A stretch of DNA of 34,875 nt from Saprospiraceae bacterium (GTDB lineage Bacteria > Bacteroidota > Bacteroidia > Chitinophagales > Saprospiraceae). The stretch is taken from contig JALVAD010000148.1 in the NCBI GenBank assembly GCA_027011385.1, positions 1 through 34,875 on the forward strand. Direction: 5' to 3'. Below, in pieces: positions 1-8,946 of the stretch. Each line of letters opens with the position of its first letter. The stretch's first letter is position 1. Below the pieces are notes generated by a model. The model saw only the letters and a program-made list of their open reading frames with translations, did not search any database and was not told the DNA's origin. The translations under genes were made by a program, and so were the position numbers.

Positions 1-1839
1 CCCGGTATATAAAGCAAAACTGGCATCTGCTAAATCGGTAACTATATCTGCAATTTCAGCATTTGCATCTGTACTAAACATATACCATACACTACTCATC
101 GCATTGTCATTAAAATCGCAACCTCCATCATTGAAATTATCCGAACATGCTCCAGTATTCTCTCCCTGATTATCCACCTGCTGACAACTGGATGCTATTT
201 CTCCAAAGTCTCCTGCTCCTGCACATACATCATTCACAACACTAGTGACAGTTTCCGTCGCAGTGATACTAAAATCTCCTTCTTCTCCCTCTATACTTCC
301 TACCGCTAGTATAATAGTCTCTCCAGGATCAATACAGCCGATATCAAATGAATTATCGAGAATGTTACAACCCGGACCGGAAGCTATTCCATTAAAAGGA
401 GCGCCTGAACAATCACTTACATATGCTGCAACACTTATCTGAACAGCAGAAGTAGTATTATTTGTAGCTGTGCTACTTGCTATTGCCACATTAAGATCAA
501 TTGTATTCGCATTATTATTGGTATAAGAATAATATACCTCATGAGATGTGGCATCCAATGTACAATATACCAATTCTCCATTTGCACAAAATGTTGATCC
601 TTCAACTGCTGTTCCTGACACTAAAGCCACAGCATCTGCACATAAATCATTAGCCGGAACACTCGCATCTGAAGTAGCGGTAAAACTACCACTTCCATAA
701 ACCATTACCCAATATATGGTCGTAGGATCTGCCAATACATCAGTCAAAGCTGCATCTCCTGCACATCCCAACTCGGTCAAAGTAGCACAATCAGGACCTG
801 TCCACACTCTAAATTCAGACCCTGTAAAATCAAAAGTATTAACGGCTGAGGATGCTACAAAATGATACCATACTCCATCAACATCAGCCCCTGTGCAATC
901 TTGTTCTCCTCCACAGGCATTGGCATCTGCTGCACCTGTGACTGTCGCTGAACAAGTTAGCGTTCCTCTATCCTCTGCATCTATACAATCATCATTAGCT
1001 ACATCTAAAACCCCTTGATCAATATGAACTGTATAACCACCATAAAGAGGTGCACTATTTCCCGATTCTATATATAAAACATCGCCAACATTCAGACATG
1101 TTGCATTTGCAGTAACATCATCACCTGAGCAATCGTTTAATAAGACTTGATAAATAAATGCAGGATTCAATGAACCTGTAACAACAGCTGTAATATCAAC
1201 AGTCAAATGGTCTGTCTCTCCTCCTGCTCCGGCAACTACAGTATAAGTTGTCCAAATCGTACCTGATGTTCCGGGTGAAGGCGGATTTGAAGAGCAACTG
1301 TTGTCCAAAACATTATCTCCTTGAAAAATTTCCTGCAAAGCACCTTCACAAACATCTTCTCCTTTATCTATAGTGATAGTAAAACTTCCCTCATGTCCAT
1401 TTTCCAGTGCCATAGATATATAATAAGTTGTCCCGGCAGTAAGATTGACACAATCCGAAGTAATGTCAAAGCCGGTCGTAATATCCCCAACATCTGTTTG
1501 AGCTCCCGGACAAGTTCCGGATGTAGGATCCCAACCTACACTAAGATCACCTGTAGCACCACTTCCACTAGCTTCAAAATGAATATTGTAGTATCCATTA
1601 TTGGCAACTGTAAATGCATAAAATCCTGTTTTATAAGTCCCCGCAGCAAATGACGCTGTAGCATCGTATGAGCCATCATCAGTAAATGTAGTTGGAATTG
1701 ATCCGGAAATACTATATGGTATCGCACCTGCTGCAATATTATCAATATTTGATCCTGCTGTTGCACAATCATCATAAAACTGCCCAAAAGCATTAAAGGT
1801 TAAAAAAGAAAAAATAGCAATAAGTATAAAATTCTTCAT
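1..1839 (-). CDS. Secreted Cys/Gly/Thr/Asp-rich repetitive surface protein, N-terminal 613 codons (3' end lies beyond the left window edge)
   Basis: Absent from the ORF track because it has no in-window stop. I read plus-strand frame 1 from 1 to 1839 triplet by triplet and found no tta/cta/tca, so the minus frame is open throughout. ATG at 1839-1837. The N-terminus MKNFILIAIFSFLTFNAFGQ looks like a signal peptide. It is followed by repeated modules that each open with a D-x-C-x-x-A motif (DDCATAG, EDVCEGA, DDCIDAE, NDLCADA, NDVCAGA). Confidence 0.8.
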   Translation of the reverse strand, partial: MKNFILIAIFSFLTFNAFGQFYDDCATAGSNIDNIAAGAIPYSISGSIPTTFTDDGSYDATASFAAGTYKTGFYAFTVANNGYYNIHFEASGSGATGDLSVGWDPTSGTCPGAQTDVGDITTGFDITSDCVNLTAGTTYYISMALENGHEGSFTITIDKGEDVCEGALQEIFQGDNVLDNSCSSNPPSPGTSGTIWTTYTVVAGAGGETDHLTVDITAVVTGSLNPAFIYQVLLNDCSGDDVTANATCLNVGDVLYIESGNSAPLYGGYTVHIDQGVLDVANDDCIDAEDRGTLTCSATVTGAADANACGGEQDCTGADVDGVWYHFVASSAVNTFDFTGSEFRVWTGPDCATLTELGCAGDAALTDVLADPTTIYWVMVYGSGSFTATSDASVPANDLCADAVALVSGTAVEGSTFCANGELVYCTLDATSHEVYYSYTNNNANTIDLNVAIASSTATNNTTSAVQISVAAYVSDCSGAPFNGIASGPGCNILDNSFDIGCIDPGETIILAVGSIEGEEGDFSITATETVTSVVNDVCAGAGDFGEIASSCQQVDNQGENTGACSDNFNDGGCDFNDNAMSSVWYMFSTDANAEIADIVTDLADASFALYTG

Positions 1840-2196
1840 TTTATAAGTTTTTAATATATTACAAAAATTGTAAATGGGAGCAGTGTAACGATATCCTAAA
1901 TAACTTTGGGAGATATAAAAAACAAGGATACCCACTCACTTCAACGCAAAAGTAAAACAAACTATCCACAATTCCAACAAATTTAATAATAAAAAATAAT
2001 TACATTATAAAGGCAAAAAGCACTTAACAAGCAGTTCGCGAAATATATTGTTTTATTATAATTTTTAACAATATTATATTTCATAGATAGCATTAATAGC
2101 GACTAAATACGAAATTATATTCTTAGCAAAATGACATCAAAGATATCAAAAAAGATTAAAAATATTTTAACTAAACCCAAGACTCGGAAGCTCGAA

Positions 2197-2383
2197 GAGA
2201 TTCCGAAGCTGATTTAGTATTTAATCCGGCTTCACAATCTTCCTGCGTCAGCTTGCGAGTCCTACGCTTCGTGTTTAAAAGAGATTCCGAAGCTGATTTA
2301 GTATTCATTCCGGCTTCACAATCTTCCTGCGTCAGCTTGCGAGTCCTACGCTTCGTGTTTAAAAGAGATTCCGAAGCTGATTT
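2197..2383. repeat. 84-bp tandem repeat, 2.2 copies (2197-2280, 2281-2364, partial 2365-2383)
   Basis: The two full units differ at only 2 positions (tatttaatcc vs tattcattcc). The motif GAyTCnGAAGCTsA occurs 5 times (about 2182, 2199, 2283, 2367, 2398). aaacccaaga is repeated on both flanks (2174, 2391). Lies between a divergent gene pair. Confidence 0.9.
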
Positions 2384-2616
2384 TTGAAGCCAAACCCAAG
2401 ATTCTGAAGCTGACAAAAATTAAACTAATGACTTCTAAAGAGAATTTTATTCTTAATAAAGCCAGCTGTTAAAACTATCTTTGTTTAAAATATTATTTGG
2501 TTACATTCTAAATACTTAATCTTCAAATGTTAATTTATATCAAAAACATTGAAAATAAATATAAAATTTTGTATTTTTGCAGAATTGTATCGAACTTTAA
2601 CACAAACATTAATATT

Positions 2617-3090
2617 ATGAAGAATAAACTTGACAAAATAGATTTGCAGATTCTTAAAATTTTACAAGAGAATAGTAAAATTACTAACCTCGATTTATCC
2701 AAAAGCATTGGACTATCACCGGCTCCAACATTGGAAAGAGTAAAAAAACTTGAAAAGACCGGAGTCATAAACAGTTACCATGCTAAACTCGATCAAGGTA
2801 TCTTGGGATTAAATGTCAGAACTTTTGTTTTGATTAACTTGCTTTGGAAAAAACCCAATGCACTTGAAAATTTTATTGAAAAAATCAACAAAATTGACGA
2901 GGTTGTAGAAGCATATATCATCACAGGCGACGCTGATTTGCTATTAAAAATAGTTGCAAAAGACATCCCTACTTACGAAAGACTGATGTTTAACACACTA
3001 TCACAAATAGATGAGGTGGCTCATATCAAAACATTGATGACTTTGTCAAATGTAAAGGATAGTGACTTATTGCCATACGACTACGAATAA
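2617..3090 (+). CDS. Lrp/AsnC-family transcriptional regulator (157 aa)
   Basis: MKNKLDKIDLQILKILQENSKITNLDLSKSIGLSPAPTLERVKKLEKTGVI is the family HTH, followed by an ACT-like ligand domain. I prefer the internal ATG at 2617 to the track start at 2527, because the extra 30 aa are low-complexity and family members are about 155 aa. A TATTTTTG box lies about 40 nt upstream. Confidence 0.85.
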   Translation: MKNKLDKIDLQILKILQENSKITNLDLSKSIGLSPAPTLERVKKLEKTGVINSYHAKLDQGILGLNVRTFVLINLLWKKPNALENFIEKINKIDEVVEAYIITGDADLLLKIVAKDIPTYERLMFNTLSQIDEVAHIKTLMTLSNVKDSDLLPYDYE

Positions 3091-3111
3091 TTAGTCAATA
3101 CTTTTTTATAA

Positions 3112-3156
3112 AAACACCTTTAGGAATTTATTAAAATCCTAAAGGTGTTTTATTAT
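3112..3156 (+). terminator. Rho-independent terminator after the Lrp/AsnC gene
   Basis: Perfect 14-bp inverted repeat aaacacctttagga (3112-3125) / tcctaaaggtgttt (3137-3150) with an 11-nt loop, followed by a T-rich tail. Confidence 0.75.
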
Positions 3157-3203
3157 ATGTGTATCAGACCCCATCCCCTGTAGTGATTGCCTTTTAAACT
3201 TAT

Positions 3204-3273
3204 GCAACTCTTTATAAATCAATAAACCTACTTAGCGCCACTTAGCGGTATCCTTAGCGTCCTCAGCGGGAAA
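3204..3273 (+). repeat. 70-bp interspersed repeat, family H5, copy a (gcaactctttataaatcaataa ... atccttagcgtcctcagcgggaaa)
   Basis: The first 22 bp and last 24 bp are identical to the copy at 8823-8892 and the total length is the same. The centre is a degenerate run of TTAGCG-like units. Confidence 0.8.
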
Positions 3274-3287
3274 CCAGTTGCAGATTA

Positions 3288-3326
3288 GAACCCATCCCCG
3301 ACCCTTCCATTAGCAAGGGAAGGGGG
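3288..3326 (+). repeat. GC-rich hairpin module, family H3 (gaacccatcccc leader plus cccttcc/ggaaggg stem)
   Basis: gaacccatccccgacccttccattagcaagggaaggggg. The same leader and stem recur at 8631, at 11465 (split by the MITE) and inside both MITE copies. Confidence 0.75.
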
Positions 3327-3411
3327 AAGTTTGCTGCTTAATATATATTATTCCCCATGACTTAAAAAAAAATAAATTTATCGTAAATATCAAAATCCTG
3401 ATTGGTTTGAG

Positions 3412-3419
3412 TATATTTG
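3412..3419 (+). promoter_or_regulatory. Candidate Bacteroidota -7 promoter box TATATTTG (TAnnTTTG) upstream of xseB
   Basis: Exact match to the TAnnTTTG consensus, 17 nt upstream of the ATG at 3436. Confidence 0.4.
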
Positions 3420-3435
3420 TAAAAAAAATAAGCTG

Positions 3436-3624
3436 ATGGCTAAATCAATTACATATAAAGACGCTTTTGAGGAATTGAATAAAATTGCTCAAAGCCTTGA
3501 ACATGATGAACTGGAGATAGATTCTTTAGCAAAAAAAATCAAAAGAGCTAACGAATTGGTGACGATATGCAAAGAGAAATTAAGAGAGATTGAGCAAGAC
3601 GTTAATAATCAGCTTCAAAAATAA
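3436..3624 (+). CDS. xseB: Exodeoxyribonuclease VII small subunit
   Basis: 62 aa. YKDAFEELNKIAQSLEHDELEIDSLAKKIKRANELVTICKEKLREIE matches the XseB helical-hairpin pattern and size. Confidence 0.8.
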   Translation: MAKSITYKDAFEELNKIAQSLEHDELEIDSLAKKIKRANELVTICKEKLREIEQDVNNQLQK

Positions 3625-3628
3625 TTAT

Positions 3629-4597
3629 ATGAATAGCTTTGGTAGAAAATTCAGGGTTTCAATTTTTGGTGAATCTCATGGCAATTCAATAGGTATTACT
3701 ATTGACGGTTGTCCACCGGGAATAGATATTTCTGAGCATGATATGCTTGATGATTTGGAAAGGCGAAAAAGCGGAAAGCGTGGTACAACCCCAAGGAAAG
3801 AAAGTGATTTGCCCATTATAATATCAGGAGTATTCAATAATAAGACCACCGGCTCCCCTATTACTATAATATTTGAAAACAATAATACAAAATCAAAAGA
3901 TTACTCTTTTATAAAAGATACTCCTCGACCGGGACATGCAGATTTTGTAGCAGAAAAAAAATATAAAGGATATCAAGATTATAGAGGAGGAGGACATTTT
4001 AGCGGTAGATTGACACTTGGATTGGTAGTAGCAGGAGTTTTGGCAAAAAAAATAATCAATCCAATGAAACCGGTTGCCAATATTGTAGAAATTGGTGGGA
4101 GCACTGATTTTGACACTGCAATTAATAAAGCGATGAAGAAGAAAGATTCAATCGGGGGGATAATTGAATGCAGCGTCGTCAATATACCGATAGGTTTGGG
4201 AGAACCTTTCTTTGATTCCGTAGAATCCGTTATATCGCATTTGGCTTTCTCAGTCCCTGCCGTGAAAGGCATAGAATTCGGTCTTGGTTTTGAAAGTGCA
4301 AAAAGATACGGAAGTGAAGTCAATGATACATTTGTAGATAAAACAGGAAAAACTACGAGCAATAATAGTGGTGGAATAAACGGTGGCATCACAAATGGCA
4401 ATGATTTATTTTTTAAAGTTGCGATAAAGCCAACATCAAGCATTGGTTTAGGACAAGAAACATTTAATTTCAATACCGGCAAAAAAGAATTATTGCAAAT
4501 AGGCGGAAGACATGATACTTGCATCGCACTGAGAGTCCCTCCGGTAATTGAAGCTATCACGGCAATAGCACTAGCAGATTTACTATTGATTGATTAA
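3629..4597 (+). CDS. aroC: Chorismate synthase
   Basis: MNSFGRKFRVSIFGESHGNSIGITIDGCPPG, RPGHADF and GGGHFSGR are chorismate synthase signatures. The start is moved to the ATG at 3629, 4 nt after the xseB stop; the track start at 3590 overlaps xseB and adds non-conserved residues. Confidence 0.9.
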   Translation: MNSFGRKFRVSIFGESHGNSIGITIDGCPPGIDISEHDMLDDLERRKSGKRGTTPRKESDLPIIISGVFNNKTTGSPITIIFENNNTKSKDYSFIKDTPRPGHADFVAEKKYKGYQDYRGGGHFSGRLTLGLVVAGVLAKKIINPMKPVANIVEIGGSTDFDTAINKAMKKKDSIGGIIECSVVNIPIGLGEPFFDSVESVISHLAFSVPAVKGIEFGLGFESAKRYGSEVNDTFVDKTGKTTSNNSGGINGGITNGNDLFFKVAIKPTSSIGLGQETFNFNTGKKELLQIGGRHDTCIALRVPPVIEAITAIALADLLLID

Positions 4598-4645
4598 TCC
4601 TATAAATAGAGTATTTTATTTTTTAAAACATCTTTTAACCATGAT

Positions 4646-5002
4646 ATGAATATTGAAGAATTCCGAGAATTTTGCCTACAACTGAAGGGAGCACATGAGA
4701 GTTTTCCTTTCGATGAATCCACCTTGGTTTTTAAGGTAGGTAATAAAATGTTTGCCTTAATGGGCTTGGATAATATCGACTCACCTACGGCTAATATCAA
4801 AGGTGATCCTGAGAGAAACATTCAACTCAGAGAAGAATATGAAGGTATAAACCCCGGTTTTCATATGAACAAAAAGCACTGGAATACTATCACCTTAGAT
4901 TCTGATGTAAAAGACAGCTTAATCCGTGAACTTACCCGGGAATCTTATAATCTGGTCGTAAAAAGCTTAACAAAAAAAATAAGAACTGAATCGGGCTTGT
5001 AA
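4646..5002 (+). CDS. yjbR: MmcQ/YjbR-family protein
   Basis: 118 aa. FPFDESTLVFKVGNKMFALM and HMNKKHWNTI are typical of the YjbR fold family. Confidence 0.7.
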   Translation: MNIEEFREFCLQLKGAHESFPFDESTLVFKVGNKMFALMGLDNIDSPTANIKGDPERNIQLREEYEGINPGFHMNKKHWNTITLDSDVKDSLIRELTRESYNLVVKSLTKKIRTESGL

Positions 5003-5005
5003 ACT

Positions 5006-5656
5006 ATGGAAATAATAGACTCATATAGAACTATTGCCGCTCCCACAACAGGAGTTTATAAAGAAAAAGGAAGCAAATTTATTGCATATGCTTTTGAAAT
5101 TAATTCAGAGGAAGAATTTAAAACCCGGTTAGAGGAAGTAAAAAAGGAGCATTTCAAAGCCAGACACCATTGCTATGCATATGCTATTGGAACTACACGT
5201 GAAAATTACAGATACAATGATGATGGCGAACCCGGAGGAACAGCAGGGCTTCCTATTTTTAATCAAATAAAAAGTTTTGACTTAACAAATATTGGAATTA
5301 TTGTGGTTAGATATTTTGGAGGAACCAAACTGGGCGTACCGGGATTGATCAGAGCATATAAATCATCTACAAAAGATGCATTGGAATCAGCCCAGGTAAT
5401 TGTCAGATTGATTGTTGACAAGATTAAAATAGAATATGATTATTCATTTATGGGAAATATTATGAGGATTGCTAATCAATTTGATATTAAAATATTGGAA
5501 AATACTTTCAACAAATTGCCCGGATTGATTATTGAAGTGAGAAAATCAAAAACTCAAGAATTTATTAAGAGCATTTATTCCGCTATCCTCAATAGAGATA
5601 TAAAGGATATCAAAGAGGATGAAAAAGTAGATGGATTAAAAATAGAAATATGTTGA
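5006..5656 (+). CDS. yigZ: YigZ / IMPACT-family (UPF0029) protein
   Basis: KGSKFIAYAF, HHCYAY, DDGEPGGTAGLPI and VVRYFGGTKLGVPGLIRAY match the family core. Confidence 0.8.
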   Translation: MEIIDSYRTIAAPTTGVYKEKGSKFIAYAFEINSEEEFKTRLEEVKKEHFKARHHCYAYAIGTTRENYRYNDDGEPGGTAGLPIFNQIKSFDLTNIGIIVVRYFGGTKLGVPGLIRAYKSSTKDALESAQVIVRLIVDKIKIEYDYSFMGNIMRIANQFDIKILENTFNKLPGLIIEVRKSKTQEFIKSIYSAILNRDIKDIKEDEKVDGLKIEIC

Positions 5657-6252
5657 AAATCGGCGTAACAGGAGGTATTGGTAGTGGCAAAACCACAGTT
5701 TGCAAGATTTTCGAGGTCTTGGACATCCCCGTATATTATGCTGACCCAAGAGCTAAGCTATTGATGATTGAAGACTCTAAATTAGTTAAAGAAATCAAAA
5801 AACTACTTGGAGATAAGAGTTACAACAAAGACAAATCATTGAACAGGAAATACATCGCTAATATTATTTTCAATGATAAAAACAAACTAAATGCTTTAAA
5901 CGCATTGGTTCATCCGGCAGTAAAAAATGATTTTGATAAATGGTGTGATTCACAAAATTCACCATATGTATTGAAGGAAGCTGCATTGTTGTTTGAGAAT
6001 GGCAGTTACAAAAGTTTGGACAAGACCATACTTGTGTCAGCCCCCTTGGAATTGAGGGTACTGAGAGTAATGAAGCGCGACAATCACACAAGGGAAAGTA
6101 TTTTATCGCGAGTTAGAAATCAAATGCCGGAATCCGAAAAAGAAAAACTCGCTAATATAATAATTAAAAATGACAATGATATATCTTTGATTTCACAGAT
6201 TATTGAGATTCACCGCCAACTAGTAAAAGATTCAAATGCGAAAATACACTAA
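5650..6252 (+). CDS. coaE: Dephospho-CoA kinase
   Basis: IGVTGGIGSGKTTV P-loop at the N-terminus, about 200 aa, with VHPAV and LLFE motifs. Overlaps the end of yigZ by 7 nt. Confidence 0.85.
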   Translation: MLKIGVTGGIGSGKTTVCKIFEVLDIPVYYADPRAKLLMIEDSKLVKEIKKLLGDKSYNKDKSLNRKYIANIIFNDKNKLNALNALVHPAVKNDFDKWCDSQNSPYVLKEAALLFENGSYKSLDKTILVSAPLELRVLRVMKRDNHTRESILSRVRNQMPESEKEKLANIIIKNDNDISLISQIIEIHRQLVKDSNAKIH

Positions 6253-7468
6253 TTTTGAATTTGAGAAACCATTGATTACCGCCCCACCCCCAACTAATCT
6301 TGAGGTAATCATTGCAATACCGGCATTTTTTGAGAAAGACCTATTATTAACATTAAATTCATTATTGGATAATAAGGGATATAATACAAATATTGAAGCA
6401 ATAATAGTCTTGAATGAAAGCGAAGAGGTATCAGATGACGTCACTGCATTTCACAAAAAACAATACAGTGAATTAATAGATTGGTCTAGTAAGATTAACT
6501 CACAAAAAATATCCTTCTACCCTATTTATGTAAAAAATATAAAGAAAAAAATTGCCGGAGCAGGAATGGCGAGAAAAATTGCAATGGACGAAGCCTATAT
6601 TAGGTTTGAAAAAGCCAATAATCCGGATGGGATTATAAGCAATTTGGATGCCGATACTATAGTTGACGACAATTATTTATTGGAATTGGAAAAAGAAGCG
6701 CTTAAAAGAAATAAAATCAAAGCTTACAGTATTCATTTTGAACATTTACTTCACAAAGGTCTTTCAGAAGAAAATAAATTGGCAATCATCAGTTACGAAC
6801 TGCATTTGAGATATTTTATCAATATGCAGAAAATGTTAAAATTGCCTTATGCCTATCAAGTAATGGGAAGTGCAATGGCGGTAAAAGCATTTGCTTATGC
6901 AGAGGCTTTTGGAATGAATAAAAGACAGGCAGGAGAAGACTTCTATTTTCTTCAAAAATTCATCAATACCGGATATTTTAGCAATATCAACAGTACTACT
7001 GTTTATCCATCTGCAAGAATTTCTCAACGCGTTCCATTTGGAACAGGAAGAGCATTATACGATATTCTTACATTGGGCAAAATACCTGAAACGTACAATT
7101 ACAAATCATTTATCGCTTTGCGAACGTTTACTGATAAGCTAGAGGTGTTTTATAATGACTATTCCAAAGGTATAGAATTATTGACAAATCCTATTTTAGA
7201 ATATTTGGAGTCTAAAAGCTTTGAAAAAATACATTTTGAAATAAAAAAACACACAAAAGACTTTCAAGGATATAGAAAAAGACTATTTCGGTGGTTTGAT
7301 GCCTTTTTGTTGATGAAATACCTGCATTACGCAAGGGACAAATATTTCCCAAATATACCGATAGATATTGCTACAGATTATCTTTTTGAGCAATTAAAAA
7401 TAGACAATGAAATATCATTGGAGCAAAAACTCAATATTCTCCGAAAGCTAGATAAAAAAGGATATTAA
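6236..7468 (+). CDS. Family 2 glycosyltransferase-like protein
   Basis: VIIAIPAFFEKDLLLTLNSLL N-terminal GT-A strand-helix, NLDADTIVDD DxD motif, GEDFYF. Overlaps coaE by 17 nt. Confidence 0.65.
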   Translation: MRKYTNFEFEKPLITAPPPTNLEVIIAIPAFFEKDLLLTLNSLLDNKGYNTNIEAIIVLNESEEVSDDVTAFHKKQYSELIDWSSKINSQKISFYPIYVKNIKKKIAGAGMARKIAMDEAYIRFEKANNPDGIISNLDADTIVDDNYLLELEKEALKRNKIKAYSIHFEHLLHKGLSEENKLAIISYELHLRYFINMQKMLKLPYAYQVMGSAMAVKAFAYAEAFGMNKRQAGEDFYFLQKFINTGYFSNINSTTVYPSARISQRVPFGTGRALYDILTLGKIPETYNYKSFIALRTFTDKLEVFYNDYSKGIELLTNPILEYLESKSFEKIHFEIKKHTKDFQGYRKRLFRWFDAFLLMKYLHYARDKYFPNIPIDIATDYLFEQLKIDNEISLEQKLNILRKLDKKGY

Positions 7469-7513
7469 AAGTAGGTGTATTTCATTTTTTTACTACGGTT
7501 CGCCACACAGCTA

Positions 7514-7560
7514 CCCCCTCATCAATCCCACAAAATGATAGGGGGATGTAGCAACGCTGC
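7514..7560 (+). repeat. GC-rich hairpin module, family H4 (CCCCC stem ... GGGGG followed by a tgtagcaacgctgc tail)
   Basis: ccccctcatcaatcccacaaaatgatagggggatgtagcaacgctgc. The same flanks with a different stem sequence occur at 25730-25787 and, inverted, inside the MITE. Confidence 0.6.
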
Positions 7561-7625
7561 ATATCACATCAATAAAAAATAAACTACCAGAAAATGCTAA
7601 AAAACAAAAGGTAAAGACAACTTCA

Positions 7626-8537
7626 CTACCATAGTTTTGCAGGATATACTCCTTCCACGATCAAGCTTTTGATTCTTTCCATCACAAATGGTTTATCTTT
7701 TTGGTAAGTAACACCAAACCAATCGCTATCAGAACTAAGCACTTTAATTATCGCTTTGTCCTCATTTATTAACCAATCGATTAAATCAGGAATATAATAT
7801 TCTGAAGTTTTTTCATTTCCGTGTTTTTCAAGAAATTCTTTGAATCTGGCATCAAAATACTCAAAATAGCTTGGATAAAATCCCCACATATTCATTGAAA
7901 CAAGGGTTTCGTTATCCAATTCCGTTTTGCCATCAGCTTCAGGGTATCTAATGACTCCATCTGCTTCTCTAGCTATTTTTTTACATTCTTTTATCTTAAT
8001 CAGATTACCATTTTCATCAGCTTCACAAACTCCTCTATTAACATCACCATGATCGGACAATGTATTTTTAAGTTTATATCCCATTACAAAATACTCGTCT
8101 TTACCGTCTTTTTTACCATCAGGATTAGTTTTGAAATAATCAGCTGCTACGAAATAAGCATCTTTACCGTAATAATCATCAGCATTTATCACAAGAAAAG
8201 GCTCATTCACAACTTCAGCAGCCATATGCACAGCATGACCTGTACCCCAAGGTTTTTTGCGATCAAAAGGACCATAACCTTCAGGAATTTTATCCAATTC
8301 TTGAGTAACAAACTCGACATCGATTTTATCCTCAAATTTACCTTTGAAAAAATCTTTAAAAGAATCCAGAAATGATTCCCTGATAATAAATACTACCTTG
8401 CCAAAGCCGGCTTTTATAGCATCATATATCGAATAATCAAGGATTGTCTCACCATTAGGTCCAAAAGCATCCATTTGCTTTAATCCTCCATATCTGCTAC
8501 CCATTCCGGCAGCTAAAACAACTAAAGTAGGTTTCAT
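7626..8537 (-). CDS. Sugar-phosphate nucleotidyltransferase family protein
   Basis: The N-terminal VVLAAGMGSRYGGLKQ motif is the nucleotidyltransferase G-loop. 303 aa. Confidence 0.7.
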   Translation of the reverse strand: MKPTLVVLAAGMGSRYGGLKQMDAFGPNGETILDYSIYDAIKAGFGKVVFIIRESFLDSFKDFFKGKFEDKIDVEFVTQELDKIPEGYGPFDRKKPWGTGHAVHMAAEVVNEPFLVINADDYYGKDAYFVAADYFKTNPDGKKDGKDEYFVMGYKLKNTLSDHGDVNRGVCEADENGNLIKIKECKKIAREADGVIRYPEADGKTELDNETLVSMNMWGFYPSYFEYFDARFKEFLEKHGNEKTSEYYIPDLIDWLINEDKAIIKVLSSDSDWFGVTYQKDKPFVMERIKSLIVEGVYPAKLW

Positions 8538-8573
8538 AAAAGATTTCTTTATAATAAATAAAATAATGAGTGC

Positions 8574-8581
8574 AAAAGTAA
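8574..8581 (-). promoter_or_regulatory. Candidate -7 box TACTTTTG for the nucleotidyltransferase gene
   Basis: Plus-strand caaaagta is TACTTTTG on the minus strand, an exact TAnnTTTG match 37 nt upstream of the ATG at 8537. Confidence 0.4.
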
Positions 8582-8630
8582 CACTTATTTATTAAATAAA
8601 AAATCTAGTTCGCACAATTAATTAAATCAG

Positions 8631-8747
8631 AACCTATCCCCGACCTTTCTTTTTCAATAAGCGAGGTCAGAGACACTCGCTTATCAGTAGAATTACAGAA
8701 GAAATGCGGGTTGTGGTTTTCCCGATTTCGGAATGCAATGGAGAAAC
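8631..8747 (+). repeat. Mosaic of palindromic modules: H3 leader (8631-8649), H1 (8657-8686), H2 (8701-8747)
   Basis: H1 is ataagcgag gtcagagaca ctcgcttat (9-bp stem). H2 is gaaatgcgggttgtggttttcccgatttcggaatgcaatggagaaac. The same H1-H2 pair recurs at 11282-11374, and as H2-H1 at 25805-25893. Confidence 0.8.
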
Positions 8748-8822
8748 GGGGAGTTAGAGGGCAGTTGTGCCAGAAAAAAAAGATAATGAGGAGTATCGCC
8801 AAGGATTGAGTTAGATAAACAG

Positions 8823-8892
8823 GCAACTCTTTATAAATCAATAACATTCCTTAGTACTACGTAGTGGCATCCTTAGCGTCCTCAGCGGGAAA
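8823..8892 (+). repeat. 70-bp interspersed repeat, family H5, copy b
   Basis: gcaactctttataaatcaataa ... atccttagcgtcctcagcgggaaa. The ends are identical to 3204-3273 and the centre is diverged. Confidence 0.8.
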
Positions 8893-8946
8893 TTAAGCAG
8901 CTTATTTGGTTTAAAATACTGGAAATCTTAGAAAAAGCATGGTTTA

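Noticed and set aside
2171-2416. 81-aa minus-strand ORF (MSASESWVWLQKSASESLLNTKRRTRKLTQEDCEAG...).
   Set aside because: It is just the translation of the 84-bp tandem repeat, so the peptide repeats itself. There is no independent coding signal.
2527-2616. N-terminal extensions proposed by the ORF track for the Lrp gene (2527) and for aroC (3590-3628).
   Set aside because: The extra residues are non-conserved. For aroC they overlap xseB. The internal ATGs give proteins that begin at the conserved family N-termini.
3979-4560. 193-aa ORF antisense to aroC. Similar antisense or out-of-frame ORFs lie at 14872-15207 and 18153-18596, and at 245-442, 1321-1653 and 1536-1793 inside the partial gene.
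   Set aside because: Each is fully embedded in a much longer gene with strong family signatures on the other strand or frame, and has hydrophobic, low-complexity composition typical of shadow ORFs.
7490-7512. tRNA-like ggttcgcc string downstream of the GT2 gene.
   Set aside because: There is no acceptor-stem complement, no anticodon arm, and the T-loop consensus (GGTTCGAATCC) is not matched. The string is part of the repeat-module region.
8605-8847. 80-aa ORF. Similar small ORFs lie at 11201-11404, 11830-12045, 25997-26194 and 26457-26666.
   Set aside because: All lie entirely within the palindromic-module or MITE mosaics. Their sequences are dictated by the repeats, and none resembles a known family.
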